In this document: positions 10,934-21,328 of the stretch, in pieces | Layout: every line of letters begins with the position of its first letter | Numbering within the stretch: position 1 is the first letter of the stretch | NCBI GenBank assembly: GCA_963822445.1 | Contig: CAWGHO010000001.1 | Span: 384,001-448,000, forward strand | Direction of reading: 5' to 3' | Length of the DNA stretch: 64,000 nucleotides | Source of the DNA: an uncultured Acidobacteriota bacterium | GTDB taxonomy: Bacteria > Acidobacteriota > Thermoanaerobaculia > Gp7-AA8 | The notes under the pieces: model-generated | What the model was told of the DNA's origin: nothing | Database searches by the model: none | Seen by the model: the letters and a program-made list of their open reading frames with translations, nothing else | Made by a program: the position numbers and the translations under genes

Positions 10934-11880
10934 TCAGCTCCTCGATTCAGGACGGATCCGGCGATCAACAACAGGAACGCGAGGCCGAGCGGCCATTGAT
11001 AACGCTCGATCGGTACGCGGGCGTGGGTCTGCCGCTCGCGGCCTTCGCCCGATCGATCGAACAAAGCATCGAGCGCACGTTCGCCGAAGGGGTTCTCGAG
11101 CATCAACCCGCCGGTGCCGGACGCGATCTCGCGCAACACTTCTGACCGCGCGTACGTCGTCACCACTTCACCGGCATCGCGCAAAGGGCCGCGCGAAGTC
11201 GGAATGGTGCTTCCCTCCGCGGTTCCGATCAGCACCGTCGACACCGCCGTGCCGCGCTGCTTCGCGCGCTCGATCGCTTCCTTCACGCGGCTGCCCTGAT
11301 CCTCGCCGTCGCTGAGCACGACGATGTCGGCCTTCTGCGTGGGGTCGGCTTCGATGAGTCGGAGTGCGCCGAGGATTGCGTTGCCGATGTCGGAGCCGGC
11401 CTGGCCGATCTCGCCTGTTTGCAACGTGTCGAGCAGCGCGACGACGGCTTCCGTATCGGTCGTGAGCGGCGAGACCACGTCCGGAGCTCCTTCGAATACG
11501 ACGAGCGCGATGCGGCCTGGTTGCGCGTCGGCGAGGCGCTTGGCGATCGCCTTCGCCCCGCTCAGCCGCGACGTCCCGACGTCCTCGGCGCCCATGCTGT
11601 TCGAAACATCGATGACCAGCACGCGATTCGATTCACGCGCGGTGATGGGAATCAGCGTGAAGCCTGCGGACGGCCCCGCGAGCGCGATCACACCCGCGGC
11701 GATGGCCAGAGTGATGATCCACGGCCGCAACACGCGCGCCGGCGTGGTCACGCCGCGCAACCGCTCCGACGCAAATCTGCGGGCGATGCGCGTGCGCAGC
11801 TGCTCGCGCGCAAACAGAAATGCGAGCGCGAACGGCACCAGCGCCAGCAGCCAGAGCAGAGTCATGCTGCGGAAGGTCAT
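10930..11880 (-). CDS. batB: vWA domain protein, BatB-like
   Basis: DVSNSM MIDAS motif, PLTTD, LSDGED, terminal TM segments. Confidence 0.8.
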   Translation of the reverse strand: MTFRSMTLLWLLALVPFALAFLFAREQLRTRIARRFASERLRGVTTPARVLRPWIITLAIAAGVIALAGPSAGFTLIPITARESNRVLVIDVSNSMGAEDVGTSRLSGAKAIAKRLADAQPGRIALVVFEGAPDVVSPLTTDTEAVVALLDTLQTGEIGQAGSDIGNAILGALRLIEADPTQKADIVVLSDGEDQGSRVKEAIERAKQRGTAVSTVLIGTAEGSTIPTSRGPLRDAGEVVTTYARSEVLREIASGTGGLMLENPFGERALDALFDRSGEGRERQTHARVPIERYQWPLGLAFLLLIAGSVLNRGAE

Positions 11881-12884
11881 GCCGGCACCTTCAGCCAGAG
11901 CGTTTCGCCCGCGAACAACGCCAGTAAGAGCAGTGACAGGCCGGCCGCGAGCGGCCAGACGTACAGCTCATCGATCTGCTCGCGTTTCGGCGCAGTCAGG
12001 CGCGTCTTCTCCAGCGTGTCGATGCGTTGCAGCACCGCGCTGAGCGCACGCGCGTCGGTGGCGCGGAAAAAGTCGCCGCCGCTGGTCCGCGCGATGGCGC
12101 TCAACGTTTTCTCATCGAGCTCTCCGCGGATGTGCGTGTAGACCGTTTCCACCGCGCCGGTGAACGGATTCTGCCGTCGAACGGGAAGCGGAACCGGACC
12201 TTCGCTGCCGACGCCGATCGTGTAGACCTTGATGCCGCTGCGCGCAGCGAGCTCCGCGGCGACCAGCGGCTCGATGGAGCCGGAGTTGTTGACGCCATCG
12301 GTGACCAAGATGATCACCCGGCTGCGCGTTTTCGACGTCCGCAGGCGATTGACCGCCGTCGCGAGCGCGTGACCGATGGCCGTCCCATTTCCGTGCTCGC
12401 CAATCTCCGCCCGATCGAGAATCGCCTCGGCGATCCGCCGGTCGTATGTGATCGGCACGCGCGTCGCCGCGCGGCTGCCGAAGGTGACGATGCCGATGCG
12501 GTCATCGGTGCGGCGGCGGATGAATTCCGCGATCAGTTCCTTGGCCACGGTGAAGCGATTGCGCGGGCGGAAGTCTTCAGCGGCCATCGATCCCGAGGCG
12601 TCGAGGGCGACGACGATGTCGATGCCGAATCGGTCGCTGGCGGCGACCCGCACCACGCGCTGCGGCCTCGCCAGCGCGACGATCACGAGCAGCAACGCCA
12701 GCATCTCCAGCACGAACGGCAGGAGCGCCGTTCGCACGCGAGCCCCGCGCGCCGGCGCGACGAGCGAAAGCGAGGAAAAGCCGAAGGCGCCGGTGCGCGC
12801 GCGCAGATCGCGCCAGAGCATGACGGTGCGGGCGATCACGAGAATCGCGAGGGCGAAGAAGAGTGGATGGGCGAAGCGGGTCAT
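11877..12884 (-). CDS. batA: vWA domain protein, BatA-like
   Basis: ALARPQ, DASGSM MIDAS motif, GTAIG, VTDGVNN, KVYTIGVG. Confidence 0.85.
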   Translation of the reverse strand: MTRFAHPLFFALAILVIARTVMLWRDLRARTGAFGFSSLSLVAPARGARVRTALLPFVLEMLALLLVIVALARPQRVVRVAASDRFGIDIVVALDASGSMAAEDFRPRNRFTVAKELIAEFIRRRTDDRIGIVTFGSRAATRVPITYDRRIAEAILDRAEIGEHGNGTAIGHALATAVNRLRTSKTRSRVIILVTDGVNNSGSIEPLVAAELAARSGIKVYTIGVGSEGPVPLPVRRQNPFTGAVETVYTHIRGELDEKTLSAIARTSGGDFFRATDARALSAVLQRIDTLEKTRLTAPKREQIDELYVWPLAAGLSLLLLALFAGETLWLKVPA

Positions 12885-13576
12885 GACGCGAGCCTCAATG
12901 CCCGATCCGCCACCTCATCGAAATCCTCCGGCTCCGCGCCGGTGAGCGAGAACTTCTCCAGATCGCCCTGCCGCAAGATCGCGCGAACGATCCGCTCTTC
13001 CTCGCGCAATCGCGCCACGAGCTCCGTCGTCGTCAGATCGCTTCCGAGTTGCGGCCTCGTTTCCGCGAGGTAGGCGCGCGTCGCATCAGCGAGCGCCGCC
13101 CAGCGCTCCGGCTCGCGTTTCGCGGCGATCACCGCGCGGCGGAAGCGCTCATCGACAGGCATCGGCGGCGCGAGGGGCTCCTCCCTGCGTTTGCGCGAGA
13201 ACCACCCCGCCGCGAACCACGCGGCGATCGCGGATAAAGCCGCGACACCGATGGCGATGAACGGCGCGCGCGGATAGGGAACGCGTTGCGGCGGCCGCAG
13301 CGGCGCGGGCTTGAGATCGTCGTCCGGCTTCAGCACCGATTTCATCGGCACGACCAGATTCTGAAAGCGGACGTTGCCCATCGTCCCGCTCAGAGCGAAC
13401 GGTATCGGCAGGAACGAGCGGATCACCACCCGCGCGCCCTGCTGTTCGACGAGCTCGTATTCGCTCGACGCGTCGAGCACGACCGCCGCGGGAAACTGAA
13501 TGACGATGCGATCCCCCACCGTCGGCCGCGCGGGCTGGAACGTGGCGCTGACGACGGCAAGGATGACCAGGATCAT
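12881..13576 (-). CDS. Bat-operon membrane-anchored protein
   Basis: Signal peptide plus central TM; translationally coupled between DUF58 and batA. Confidence 0.65.
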   Translation of the reverse strand: MILVILAVVSATFQPARPTVGDRIVIQFPAAVVLDASSEYELVEQQGARVVIRSFLPIPFALSGTMGNVRFQNLVVPMKSVLKPDDDLKPAPLRPPQRVPYPRAPFIAIGVAALSAIAAWFAAGWFSRKRREEPLAPPMPVDERFRRAVIAAKREPERWAALADATRAYLAETRPQLGSDLTTTELVARLREEERIVRAILRQGDLEKFSLTGAEPEDFDEVADRALRLAS

Positions 13577-14478
13577 GCGGGGCGGCGATACCGGAACGAG
13601 CGCTCGCGGAAGAAGCGCAGCAGCTCCCGGTCGTAAGGAACAACGGTCGATACGGGCAGATGATCGATCGCCGCGGAGCGGAACCTTCGCACGAGCTGCT
13701 CGCGGCGGATCGCGGCCCGTTTCGCGACGTCGGCGCGTTTGAGATCGATCAGCCGCGCTTCGCCCGATTCGAGGTCGACCACGCGCATCAGACCGCGGTC
13801 TGGAAAGCGCTCCTCCCGCGGATCGATGACGGGAATGGCCACCACGTCGTGCTTGCGATTGAGCCGATTCAGCGGCCGCTCGAAGCGGCTGTCCAGAAAG
13901 TCGGAGATCACCAGGACAACGGCGCGCTTCACCGCGACGCGCTCCAGAAAGCGCATCGCATTCTCGAGATCCGCCTCGCCGCCGGCCTGCCGCATCGCCG
14001 CGTCGACCGCCGCCCGCACGATGACCTGCGCGTGCGCCCGACCGCGGCGCGGCGGGATGAACGTGCGCACGCCCTCATCGAAGAGCAGCAAACCGGTGCG
14101 ATCGGAATTCTCGACCGCGGCAAAGGCGAAGATGGCGGCCAGCTCCGCGGCGATGTCGCTCTTCCGCCAGTCGACCGATCCGAAGCCCATCGATCCCGAG
14201 ACATCGACGGCGATGAGCACGGTCAGATCGCGCTCTTCGATGAACTCCTTCACATGCGGCACGCCGCTCCGCGCGGTGACGTTCCAGTCGATCGTGCGGA
14301 TGTCGTCGCCGGGCATGTACTCGCGCACCTGCGAGAACTCGATGCCTCGCCCATGAAACGCGGAGTGATAATCGCCCGCGAACCCCGCGCGAATCAGCCG
14401 CGCGCTCATGAACTCGAGATCGCGGACGCGCCGGATCACGGGCGTGCGGAGGTCGGGGGATTTGCGTTTGAACATCAC
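13573..14478 (-). CDS. DUF58 domain protein
   Basis: GRGIEFSQVREYMPGDDIRTIDWNVTAR, DVSGSM, ISDF. Confidence 0.9.
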   Translation of the reverse strand: MMFKRKSPDLRTPVIRRVRDLEFMSARLIRAGFAGDYHSAFHGRGIEFSQVREYMPGDDIRTIDWNVTARSGVPHVKEFIEERDLTVLIAVDVSGSMGFGSVDWRKSDIAAELAAIFAFAAVENSDRTGLLLFDEGVRTFIPPRRGRAHAQVIVRAAVDAAMRQAGGEADLENAMRFLERVAVKRAVVLVISDFLDSRFERPLNRLNRKHDVVAIPVIDPREERFPDRGLMRVVDLESGEARLIDLKRADVAKRAAIRREQLVRRFRSAAIDHLPVSTVVPYDRELLRFFRERSFRYRRPA

Positions 14479-15449
14479 GGGACGGGAACCGCGCCGAGAA
14501 CCTGATCGATCACCCGATCCGCCCCCACCCCCTCCGCCGCCGCCTCGTAACTCAACACCAGCCGGTGCCGCAGCACGTCATGGGCGATGGCCTTCACATC
14601 CTCGGGGACGACATACGGACGGCCTTCGATGAAGGCGTGCGCTTTCGCAACGTGCGCCAGGGCCAGCGTCGCGCGCGGAGACGCACCGTACTGAATGTGA
14701 TTCGCGAGCGAGGGCAAGCGAAAGTCCGCCGGCTTCCGCGTCGCGGTGACGATCTGCACGATGTAGCGGCTGATGCGCTCGTCGGTGTGCACGCGCGAGG
14801 CGAGCTCGGACACTTCCCTGATCTCGCCCAGCGTGAGCACCGGCCTGATGTCGACGCCGGCGGCGGTCGCGTCGAGATACAGCGACAACATCCGCAGCTC
14901 TTCCTCCGCGGCCGGGTAGTCGACCTTCAGCTTCATCACGAACCGGTCGACCTGCGCCTCGGGCAGCGCGTACGTGCCTTCATGCTCGATCGGGTTCTGC
15001 GTGGCGATGACCATGAACGGATCGGGCAGCAGGTACGACTGATCGCCGATCGTGACCTGACGCTCCTGCATCGCCTCGAGCAGCGCGCTCTGCACCTTCG
15101 CCGGTGCGCGGTTGATCTCATCCGCGAGGACGAGGTTGGCGAAGATCGGTCCGAGGCGGGGGTTGAAGGTTCGGTTCTCGGGGTTGAAGATCTGCGTGCC
15201 GGTGATGTCCGCGGGCAGCAGGTCGGGCGTGAACTGAATCCGTTTGAACGTCGCGGCGATCGCCGCGGCGAGCGTTTTCACGAGCAGAGTTTTAGCGAGG
15301 CCGGGCAGCCCCTCGATCAGCACGTGTCCGCGGATGAGGATGGCGATGACGAGGCGGTTCACCACCGCGTCCTGGCCGATGACGGCCTTCGCCACTTCTG
15401 CCCGGAGCCGCGCGATCGTGTCGTGGGCTTTTTCGGTGGCCTGTTCCAT
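14475..15449 (-). CDS. moxR: MoxR family AAA+ ATPase
   Basis: GLPGLAKT, RIQFTPDLLPAD, DEINRAPAKVQSALLEAMQE, ATQNPIE. Confidence 0.95.
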   Translation of the reverse strand: MEQATEKAHDTIARLRAEVAKAVIGQDAVVNRLVIAILIRGHVLIEGLPGLAKTLLVKTLAAAIAATFKRIQFTPDLLPADITGTQIFNPENRTFNPRLGPIFANLVLADEINRAPAKVQSALLEAMQERQVTIGDQSYLLPDPFMVIATQNPIEHEGTYALPEAQVDRFVMKLKVDYPAAEEELRMLSLYLDATAAGVDIRPVLTLGEIREVSELASRVHTDERISRYIVQIVTATRKPADFRLPSLANHIQYGASPRATLALAHVAKAHAFIEGRPYVVPEDVKAIAHDVLRHRLVLSYEAAAEGVGADRVIDQVLGAVPVP

Positions 15450-15455
15450 GGTCGA

Positions 15456-15465
15456 AGTCTAAACT
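15456..15465. promoter_or_regulatory. Overlapping divergent -10 hexamers for leaderless moxR and rsmA
   Basis: TAGACT on minus 6 nt before the moxR ATG and TAAACT on plus 7 nt before the rsmA GTG, sharing one TA; 23-bp intergenic region without SD. Confidence 0.6.
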
Positions 15466-15472
15466 GCGCGCC

Positions 15473-16228
15473 GTGCGGCCCAAGAAGAAATGGGGTCAAA
15501 ACTTCCTGCGAAATCGCGGCGCGGTCGAGAAGATCGTCGCGGCGATCGAGCCGCAGCCCGATGAGCTCGTACTGGAGATCGGGCCCGGTGAAGGCGCGCT
15601 CACGGACAAAGTGCTCGCGCTGCCGAACCGGGTCATCGCGCTGGAGATCGATCCCGACCTCGCCGCGCGTTTGCGCGCGAAGTACGGCGATCGCCTCGAA
15701 ATCCGCAATGAAGACGCGGTCGACGCGGAGCTGCCGGCGACGCCCTTTCGCGCTGTGGGCAACCTTCCCTACAACGTCGGCACGCCCATCCTGCGCCGGA
15801 TCATCGCCGAGCCCAATTGCCGCCGCGCCGTGTTCATGCTGCAGAAGGAAGTCGCCGATCGCATCGTGGCCAAGCCGGGCTCGGATCCATACGGCTACCT
15901 GACCCTGTACGTCGCCGCCTACGCATCGGCGAAGACACTGATGACCCTCGATCCGCGTTCGTTTTACCCGCCGCCGAAAGTGCGCAGCGCGGTGGTGGTG
16001 CTCGATCCTCGCGATCCCGGCCTCACGTCGCCGCGCGAAGAACTGCTCGACCTCGTCAGCGCGTCCTTCCGCATGCGCCGCAAGAAGCTGGTCAACAACT
16101 TGACGACGTGGCGGGATCACACTCGGGAGCAGGTGCTCGAGGCTATGGTGAGCGCGGACATCGACGTCGATGCCCGCGCCGAGACGCTTTCGCTCGCTGA
16201 TTTCGACCGGCTGTACTCCCGACTTTGA
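15473..16228 (+). CDS. rsmA: 16S rRNA adenine dimethyltransferase
   Basis: KKWGQNFL, LEIGPGEG, NLPYN, MLQKEVADR, FYPPPKV. Confidence 0.95.
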   Translation: MRPKKKWGQNFLRNRGAVEKIVAAIEPQPDELVLEIGPGEGALTDKVLALPNRVIALEIDPDLAARLRAKYGDRLEIRNEDAVDAELPATPFRAVGNLPYNVGTPILRRIIAEPNCRRAVFMLQKEVADRIVAKPGSDPYGYLTLYVAAYASAKTLMTLDPRSFYPPPKVRSAVVVLDPRDPGLTSPREELLDLVSASFRMRRKKLVNNLTTWRDHTREQVLEAMVSADIDVDARAETLSLADFDRLYSRL

Positions 16229-16263
16229 GGTACATTTCTTTCCCTTACCTGGAGGACCTCTCG

Positions 16264-18804
16264 TTGACCCGGACCCTGCTCGCCTCTCTTCTCCTTCTCG
16301 TTCTCGCCACCCCGGTTCTCGCCCAGCAATGTGACCTGCAGATCACCGCCACCTGTACACCGGGCGGCCACTGCACCAGCACCACGACCAACACCGGCCG
16401 CAACGCGTGCAGCGGCGTGTATTACATCGGCTGGATCGGCACCGATCCGACGGCGGCCGGCTCGCTGTCGGGCATCCAGAATTCGCTCGGCATCGACGAA
16501 TGCTTCGACACGAGCGACTTTCCGCCCGGCACGTTCCCGCAGGCGTTCGCCGTCTGCTTCGGCGAGGCGTCCCTCGCCGCCGGCGCCAGCTTCACCACGT
16601 CGGCGCGCATCACCGGCGCGAACGCGAACGTACCGCTGGTGGCCGTCACTCAGGTCATCGACCTGGAGGCCGGCGAAGCGCTTGCCGTGGTCCATGCGTT
16701 TGCGAACGCGGACGTGCCGTCGTGCAAACCGCGAATCAACGCGCCGGCCATCGCCCAGACCGGCGCCGACTACACGGTGTCCTGGTCGACCGTCGCCGAT
16801 CCGTCGGCGAGCTTCTTCGTCGAGGAATCGACGACGCCGGACTTCAGCGCCAATGTCGTGACCACCACAGTAAATGGCACTTCCAAGACCTTCCGCCACG
16901 ACGTCAGCACGGCGACGACCTACTACTACCGCGTGCGGCCGACGCAATGCGCCGGAGGTACCGCGGAGCATTCCGAGGTTGCTTCGACTGTCGTGCAGCC
17001 CCCGCCGCCGGTCGTTCGCGAGTCGGGTGAAGCCGCGGTGCCGCTTGGCAGCACGACACCGGTGCAGTTCCCGGTCTTCATCCCCGGTTTTGCGGGGAAC
17101 TCCACGCTCGCGACGACGACGTTCACAGCCTCCACCGACAAGTCCTTCCTGGCCGTGACCCCGAGCTCGGGAACGCTGCCGCCGGAAGGAACGACGGTCA
17201 CCGTCACCGCGAATCCAACCGGCCTGCAGGCGGGCGCGAATACCGGCTCGCTGAAGGTCACTGCCAACAACACCACCACCAGCATTCCCATCTCGATCAG
17301 CCTCGTGACACCGGTGCAGCCGGGAACGAAGAGCGTTCCCCCGTCGAATGCGCTGGTCATCCCCGTCGTCACGCACGTGCAGGGAGCGACCGGACCATTC
17401 CTCTCCGACGTCCGCCTCACCAACGCCTCGGCGAGCCTGCTGAAGTATCAGATCTCGATGACACCGACCGAGACCGATGCGACAAAGTTCAGCAAGGTCA
17501 CGACCGTCGACGTCGAGCCGCAGCAGACCATCGCCCTGAACGACATCGTGAAGAACTTCTTCGGCTTCGGCGCGACGACCGCGCCGGGCGATTTCGGGTT
17601 CGGCTCGCTGGAGATCCGGCCGCTGAACAGCTCCACGACGCAGACCTTCGCGTCGAGCCGCACCTACGCCAGCACGTCCACCGGCACCTTCGGCCAGTTC
17701 ATCGCCGCGGTGCCGTTCGGGCAGTTCATCACCCGGCGCTCCTCGGGCCTTCCGATTCCCGGCGAGCCCACCAGCAGCGCCGTCGTGTCGCTCCAGCAGA
17801 TCGCCCAGTCAGCGAAGTTCCGCACGAACCTCGGGCTGGTCGAAGGAGCCGGCGAAGCAGCCAGCGGCCGCATCCGCGTGTTCAACGACGCCGGAACGCT
17901 GCTGAAGGAACTGCCGTACAGCCTCCAGCCCGGCGAGCACAAACAGATGAACCGCTATCTGGAGGTGGAAGCGGGCATCACCAATCTCGAGGACGGCCGC
18001 ATCGAGGTCACCGTCGACTCGACCACGGGCGCGGTCACCGCCTACGCGTCCGTTCTCGACAACGTGACCACCGATCCCCTGGCCGTGATGCCGGTGGAAG
18101 TGTCGAAGGTCAGCGCCTCGCGTTACGTACTGCCGGGCATCGCCGAGCTTCCGGGCGAGAACAACTTCCACTCCGACATCCGCGTGTTCAACGGCGGCGC
18201 ATCGGACGTGGTGGCGAACTTCACCTACTACACCACCGGCATCGCGCCGATCAGCGCCGCACCGCGAACGATCAGGAAGGGCGAGGTCCTCGCGATCGAC
18301 AACGTGCTGCCCACGATGTTCAACCACAGCGGTACCGGCGGCTCGATCGTCATCACCACGAGCGGCAATTCGTCGCTCGTGGCCACGGCGCGCACGTACA
18401 CGAACGTCACCGGTGGCGGGACGTACGGGCAGTTCATCCCGGGCGTGACCCCGGACGAAGGGATCGGTCTGGGCGACGCTCCCCTCCAGGTCCTGCAACT
18501 CGAGCAATCAGACCGTTTCCGCTCCAACCTGGGCCTCGCCGAGTTGAGCGGCAATCCGGTCAGCCTGCGTCTCTCGGTGCATTTCCCCGACACGAAGATC
18601 ACGGCGTCGGTGCCGATCGATCTGGCGGCGAATGAGTTCGTCCAGCACGGCCGGATCATCGAGAACTTTTTCACCAACCCCGGCGATCAGACTTACAACG
18701 CGCGCATCACCGTGGAGGTGACCGGCGGCAGTGGACGCGTCACTGCTTACGGTTCGGTGATCGACAACAAGAGCAAAGACCCGACGTACGTTCCCGCGCA
18801 GTGA
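16264..18804 (+). CDS. Large secreted protein: Cys-rich N-terminus, FN3/Ig-like domains, two tandem copies of an uncharacterised beta module
   Basis: GGAGG SD before TTG 16264; signal peptide; TTYYYRVR FN3 motif; repeated RTY..GTxGQF and FRxNLGL..SVxDN..DP motifs. Confidence 0.75.
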   Translation: MTRTLLASLLLLVLATPVLAQQCDLQITATCTPGGHCTSTTTNTGRNACSGVYYIGWIGTDPTAAGSLSGIQNSLGIDECFDTSDFPPGTFPQAFAVCFGEASLAAGASFTTSARITGANANVPLVAVTQVIDLEAGEALAVVHAFANADVPSCKPRINAPAIAQTGADYTVSWSTVADPSASFFVEESTTPDFSANVVTTTVNGTSKTFRHDVSTATTYYYRVRPTQCAGGTAEHSEVASTVVQPPPPVVRESGEAAVPLGSTTPVQFPVFIPGFAGNSTLATTTFTASTDKSFLAVTPSSGTLPPEGTTVTVTANPTGLQAGANTGSLKVTANNTTTSIPISISLVTPVQPGTKSVPPSNALVIPVVTHVQGATGPFLSDVRLTNASASLLKYQISMTPTETDATKFSKVTTVDVEPQQTIALNDIVKNFFGFGATTAPGDFGFGSLEIRPLNSSTTQTFASSRTYASTSTGTFGQFIAAVPFGQFITRRSSGLPIPGEPTSSAVVSLQQIAQSAKFRTNLGLVEGAGEAASGRIRVFNDAGTLLKELPYSLQPGEHKQMNRYLEVEAGITNLEDGRIEVTVDSTTGAVTAYASVLDNVTTDPLAVMPVEVSKVSASRYVLPGIAELPGENNFHSDIRVFNGGASDVVANFTYYTTGIAPISAAPRTIRKGEVLAIDNVLPTMFNHSGTGGSIVITTSGNSSLVATARTYTNVTGGGTYGQFIPGVTPDEGIGLGDAPLQVLQLEQSDRFRSNLGLAELSGNPVSLRLSVHFPDTKITASVPIDLAANEFVQHGRIIENFFTNPGDQTYNARITVEVTGGSGRVTAYGSVIDNKSKDPTYVPAQ

Positions 18805-18812
18805 TGGATGAG

Positions 18813-18841
18813 GGAAAGCGGCGGCACTGCCGCCGCTTTCC
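18813..18841. terminator. Perfect GC hairpin (REP-like or terminator) after the secreted-protein gene
   Basis: GGAAAGCGGCGGCA-C-TGCCGCCGCTTTCC. Confidence 0.6.
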
Positions 18842-18868
18842 GTTCCTTGGAGCAGTAGTATCTAGGGC

Positions 18869-19744
18869 ATGCTCGACGCGTCCGCCACCGTCGACCGCAC
18901 GCGGCCGTTCATCTGCGACACGCTCACGCCGCTGTACTACACGGCGTCCTGGGCTGAGCTCGAAGCGCAGGAGCGTCTGACCTACAACCAGCTCAACGGG
19001 ATGTACTGGAACGAGCTGATCGCCGCGTTCGAGAGGGAGATGGCGATCGCCGTGCTGAACGCGGCGGGTAAGCGCGGCGACCTGCCCGCGGCAATCCACG
19101 AGCGGCTCCGCGGTTTCGCGAATGACGAGATCGAACACGCGCGGGCGTTCGCGCGACTCAATCAGCTGAGCGACCCGCGCCGTTACGCGAACGGGGACCG
19201 CTCACTGCTGCGCCTTCCCCCGGGTGCCGGATTGCTCGTGCCGCTGCTCGCGGCGTCGTCTGCCGTCAGCGCGCTGGTGTGGCTGATGTTGCTGATCGAG
19301 GAACGCTCGATCGCCGTCACCGAGATCGCGGCACGCAATCCGGACCTCGATCCCGCGTATGCGACTGTGTATGCCGCGCACGCGGAAGACGAGCGGCGGC
19401 ACGTGGCCGTCGACGTGGAGCTGCTGGCGCTACTGCACGAGCGTCGCGGAGCAACCGTCCGCTCGCTGACCGCGACCGTCTTTCGCTCGCTCGTGCAAAG
19501 GTTCCTGGTCGGCCCGGGTCCCGCCGCGATGCGCATCCTCGATGCGCTGATCGCCAGCCATCCCCGCCTCGCACCACTGCGTCCTCGATTGCGCCGCGAG
19601 TTACGCGCGCTGACCAGCGACCGCGGCTATCACCGGATGATGTACTCGCGCGAGAAGGTGCCGATCACCTTCGGCCTCTTCGATCGCCTTCCCGAGATGC
19701 GCCGCATGCAATCGGTCCTCCTCGGCTACGAGGCCACGGCATGA
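18869..19744 (+). CDS. Ferritin-like diiron oxygenase (AurF-like)
   Basis: NELIAAFE, DEIEH, LLIEE, EDERRH carboxylate/His ligand pattern. Confidence 0.7.
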   Translation: MLDASATVDRTRPFICDTLTPLYYTASWAELEAQERLTYNQLNGMYWNELIAAFEREMAIAVLNAAGKRGDLPAAIHERLRGFANDEIEHARAFARLNQLSDPRRYANGDRSLLRLPPGAGLLVPLLAASSAVSALVWLMLLIEERSIAVTEIAARNPDLDPAYATVYAAHAEDERRHVAVDVELLALLHERRGATVRSLTATVFRSLVQRFLVGPGPAAMRILDALIASHPRLAPLRPRLRRELRALTSDRGYHRMMYSREKVPITFGLFDRLPEMRRMQSVLLGYEATA

Positions 19745-20655
19745 CCCGCCATCGAATCCCAGGTGTCGCCAACGCGCTCATCGCCGTCGTCCAAGTGGCC
19801 GTGGTCGCCGCTCTTCTGCAAGCATCCTCGGGCGCGCGCGGCTGGCGGCTGGCGCTTTTCGCCGCGGGCTTCGCCCTCGTGATGAACTCGGTCTACTCGA
19901 TCATTCACGAGGCCGAGCACGGCATTCTCTTTTCGCGGCGATCGCTCAATGACGCCGCCGGCGTGAGCATGGCGTTGCTCTTTCCCGCGCCGTTTCACCT
20001 GATCCGGCAGGGACACATCGGTCACCACCAGCGCAATCGCTCGGACGACGAGGCCTTCGATTTCTATTTCGAGGGGGAACATCCGCTGTGGAAGCGGATG
20101 CAGTTCTACGGAATCCTCACCGGCTTCTACTGGCTGGTGGTGGTGATCTCGAACCTAGCCGTTCTGCTCGTGCCGCGGCTGTTCGACCGGACCCGTTTCG
20201 AGTTCGATCGCCCGTCCGCGGCGTTCATGGACGCGCTCAATCCCGCGTATTGGCGATGGATTCGCGTCGAGGCAGTCGCGGCGATCGCGATCCACGCCGG
20301 CGCGATCTGGTTTCTCGGCGACCCTCTCGCATATGCGGTGTTGTACGCAGCTTGGGGCGTGTCGTGGTCGGCGATGCAGTACGTGCATCACTTCGGCACC
20401 GAGCGCGACGTCCTCGACGGTGCCCGCAATCTCCGCCTCCTCGGCCCCATCGACGCGCTCTGGCTCAATCACAACTGGCATCTCACCCATCACCGCCATC
20501 CCACCGTTCCCTGGCCTCACTTGCCGAAGGTTGCCGCTGAGGAACAGCAGGGGGAGCGGGGATTCCTGCCGGTGGCGTACTTCAGAATGTGGCGCGGCCC
20601 CCGATTCACCGACGTGCGAGTGAGGAACCGCTATGCAGGACGCATCGTCAATTGA
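19741..20655 (+). CDS. Membrane fatty acid desaturase family protein
   Basis: His boxes HEAEH, HIGHH, HLTHH; several TMs; ATGA overlap at 19741. Confidence 0.88.
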   Translation: MTRHRIPGVANALIAVVQVAVVAALLQASSGARGWRLALFAAGFALVMNSVYSIIHEAEHGILFSRRSLNDAAGVSMALLFPAPFHLIRQGHIGHHQRNRSDDEAFDFYFEGEHPLWKRMQFYGILTGFYWLVVVISNLAVLLVPRLFDRTRFEFDRPSAAFMDALNPAYWRWIRVEAVAAIAIHAGAIWFLGDPLAYAVLYAAWGVSWSAMQYVHHFGTERDVLDGARNLRLLGPIDALWLNHNWHLTHHRHPTVPWPHLPKVAAEEQQGERGFLPVAYFRMWRGPRFTDVRVRNRYAGRIVN

Positions 20656-21328
20656 GCCGGTTCCGGTGATCGCGCTGCCGGTGTCGCGCCGGCTGGCGAT
20701 GCTGGTGATGGGCTATGTCTCACTGCTGCATCTCCTCGGATGCGTTGCGCTCCTTTTCGTGCCGCAGACGCCGGCCGTGCGCATCGGAGCATTCCTCGCC
20801 GCGCTCTACCTGCTTCCGCCGCTGGTCGCGCGGATCACGCTCGCGGTCGCGCCGCTCGAGCCGCGCGTGCACGGCATTCACGAGCGCGGATTTCTGGTCT
20901 GGTGGTGGACGCAGCAGTGGCAGACGCTCTTCAACCGCATTCCGCAACTCGAGGAGCTGCTGCGGCTCGTTCCCTCGCTCTACAGCGCCTGGCTGCGGCT
21001 CTGGGGATCGCGCGTGGGAAAGCTCGTGTACTGGGGGCCCGGCGTCACGATCCTCGACCGCCCGCTGATGATCATCGGCGACCAGGCCATGTTCGGCGCG
21101 GGCGTGCGCATGATCGCCCACATCGTCAATCGCACGGCCGACGGCCGCGTCGACGTGACCATTGCACCGGTGACCATCGGCTCGACCGCGATCGTCGGCG
21201 CGTACTCGCTCCTCGGACCGGGCGTGATCATCGGCGAGGGCGAGTCGACGCCCGCGGCGCTCCCGATGTCGCCGCATTCGGAGTGGCGCGGCGGACGGCG
21301 CATCGCCCGGAGACGCAATGCGCTCTGA
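20633..21328 (+). CDS. Membrane-anchored left-handed beta-helix acyltransferase-like protein
   Basis: Two TMs, WLRLWGSRVG, hexapeptide repeats (VTIGSTAIVGAYSLLGPGVIIG). Confidence 0.65.
   Translation: MQDASSIEPVPVIALPVSRRLAMLVMGYVSLLHLLGCVALLFVPQTPAVRIGAFLAALYLLPPLVARITLAVAPLEPRVHGIHERGFLVWWWTQQWQTLFNRIPQLEELLRLVPSLYSAWLRLWGSRVGKLVYWGPGVTILDRPLMIIGDQAMFGAGVRMIAHIVNRTADGRVDVTIAPVTIGSTAIVGAYSLLGPGVIIGEGESTPAALPMSPHSEWRGGRRIARRRNAL

Noticed and set aside
8709-15449. moxR-DUF58-vWA-TPR-batD operon as a novel system
   Set aside because: Well-known, widespread Bat/MoxR arrangement.
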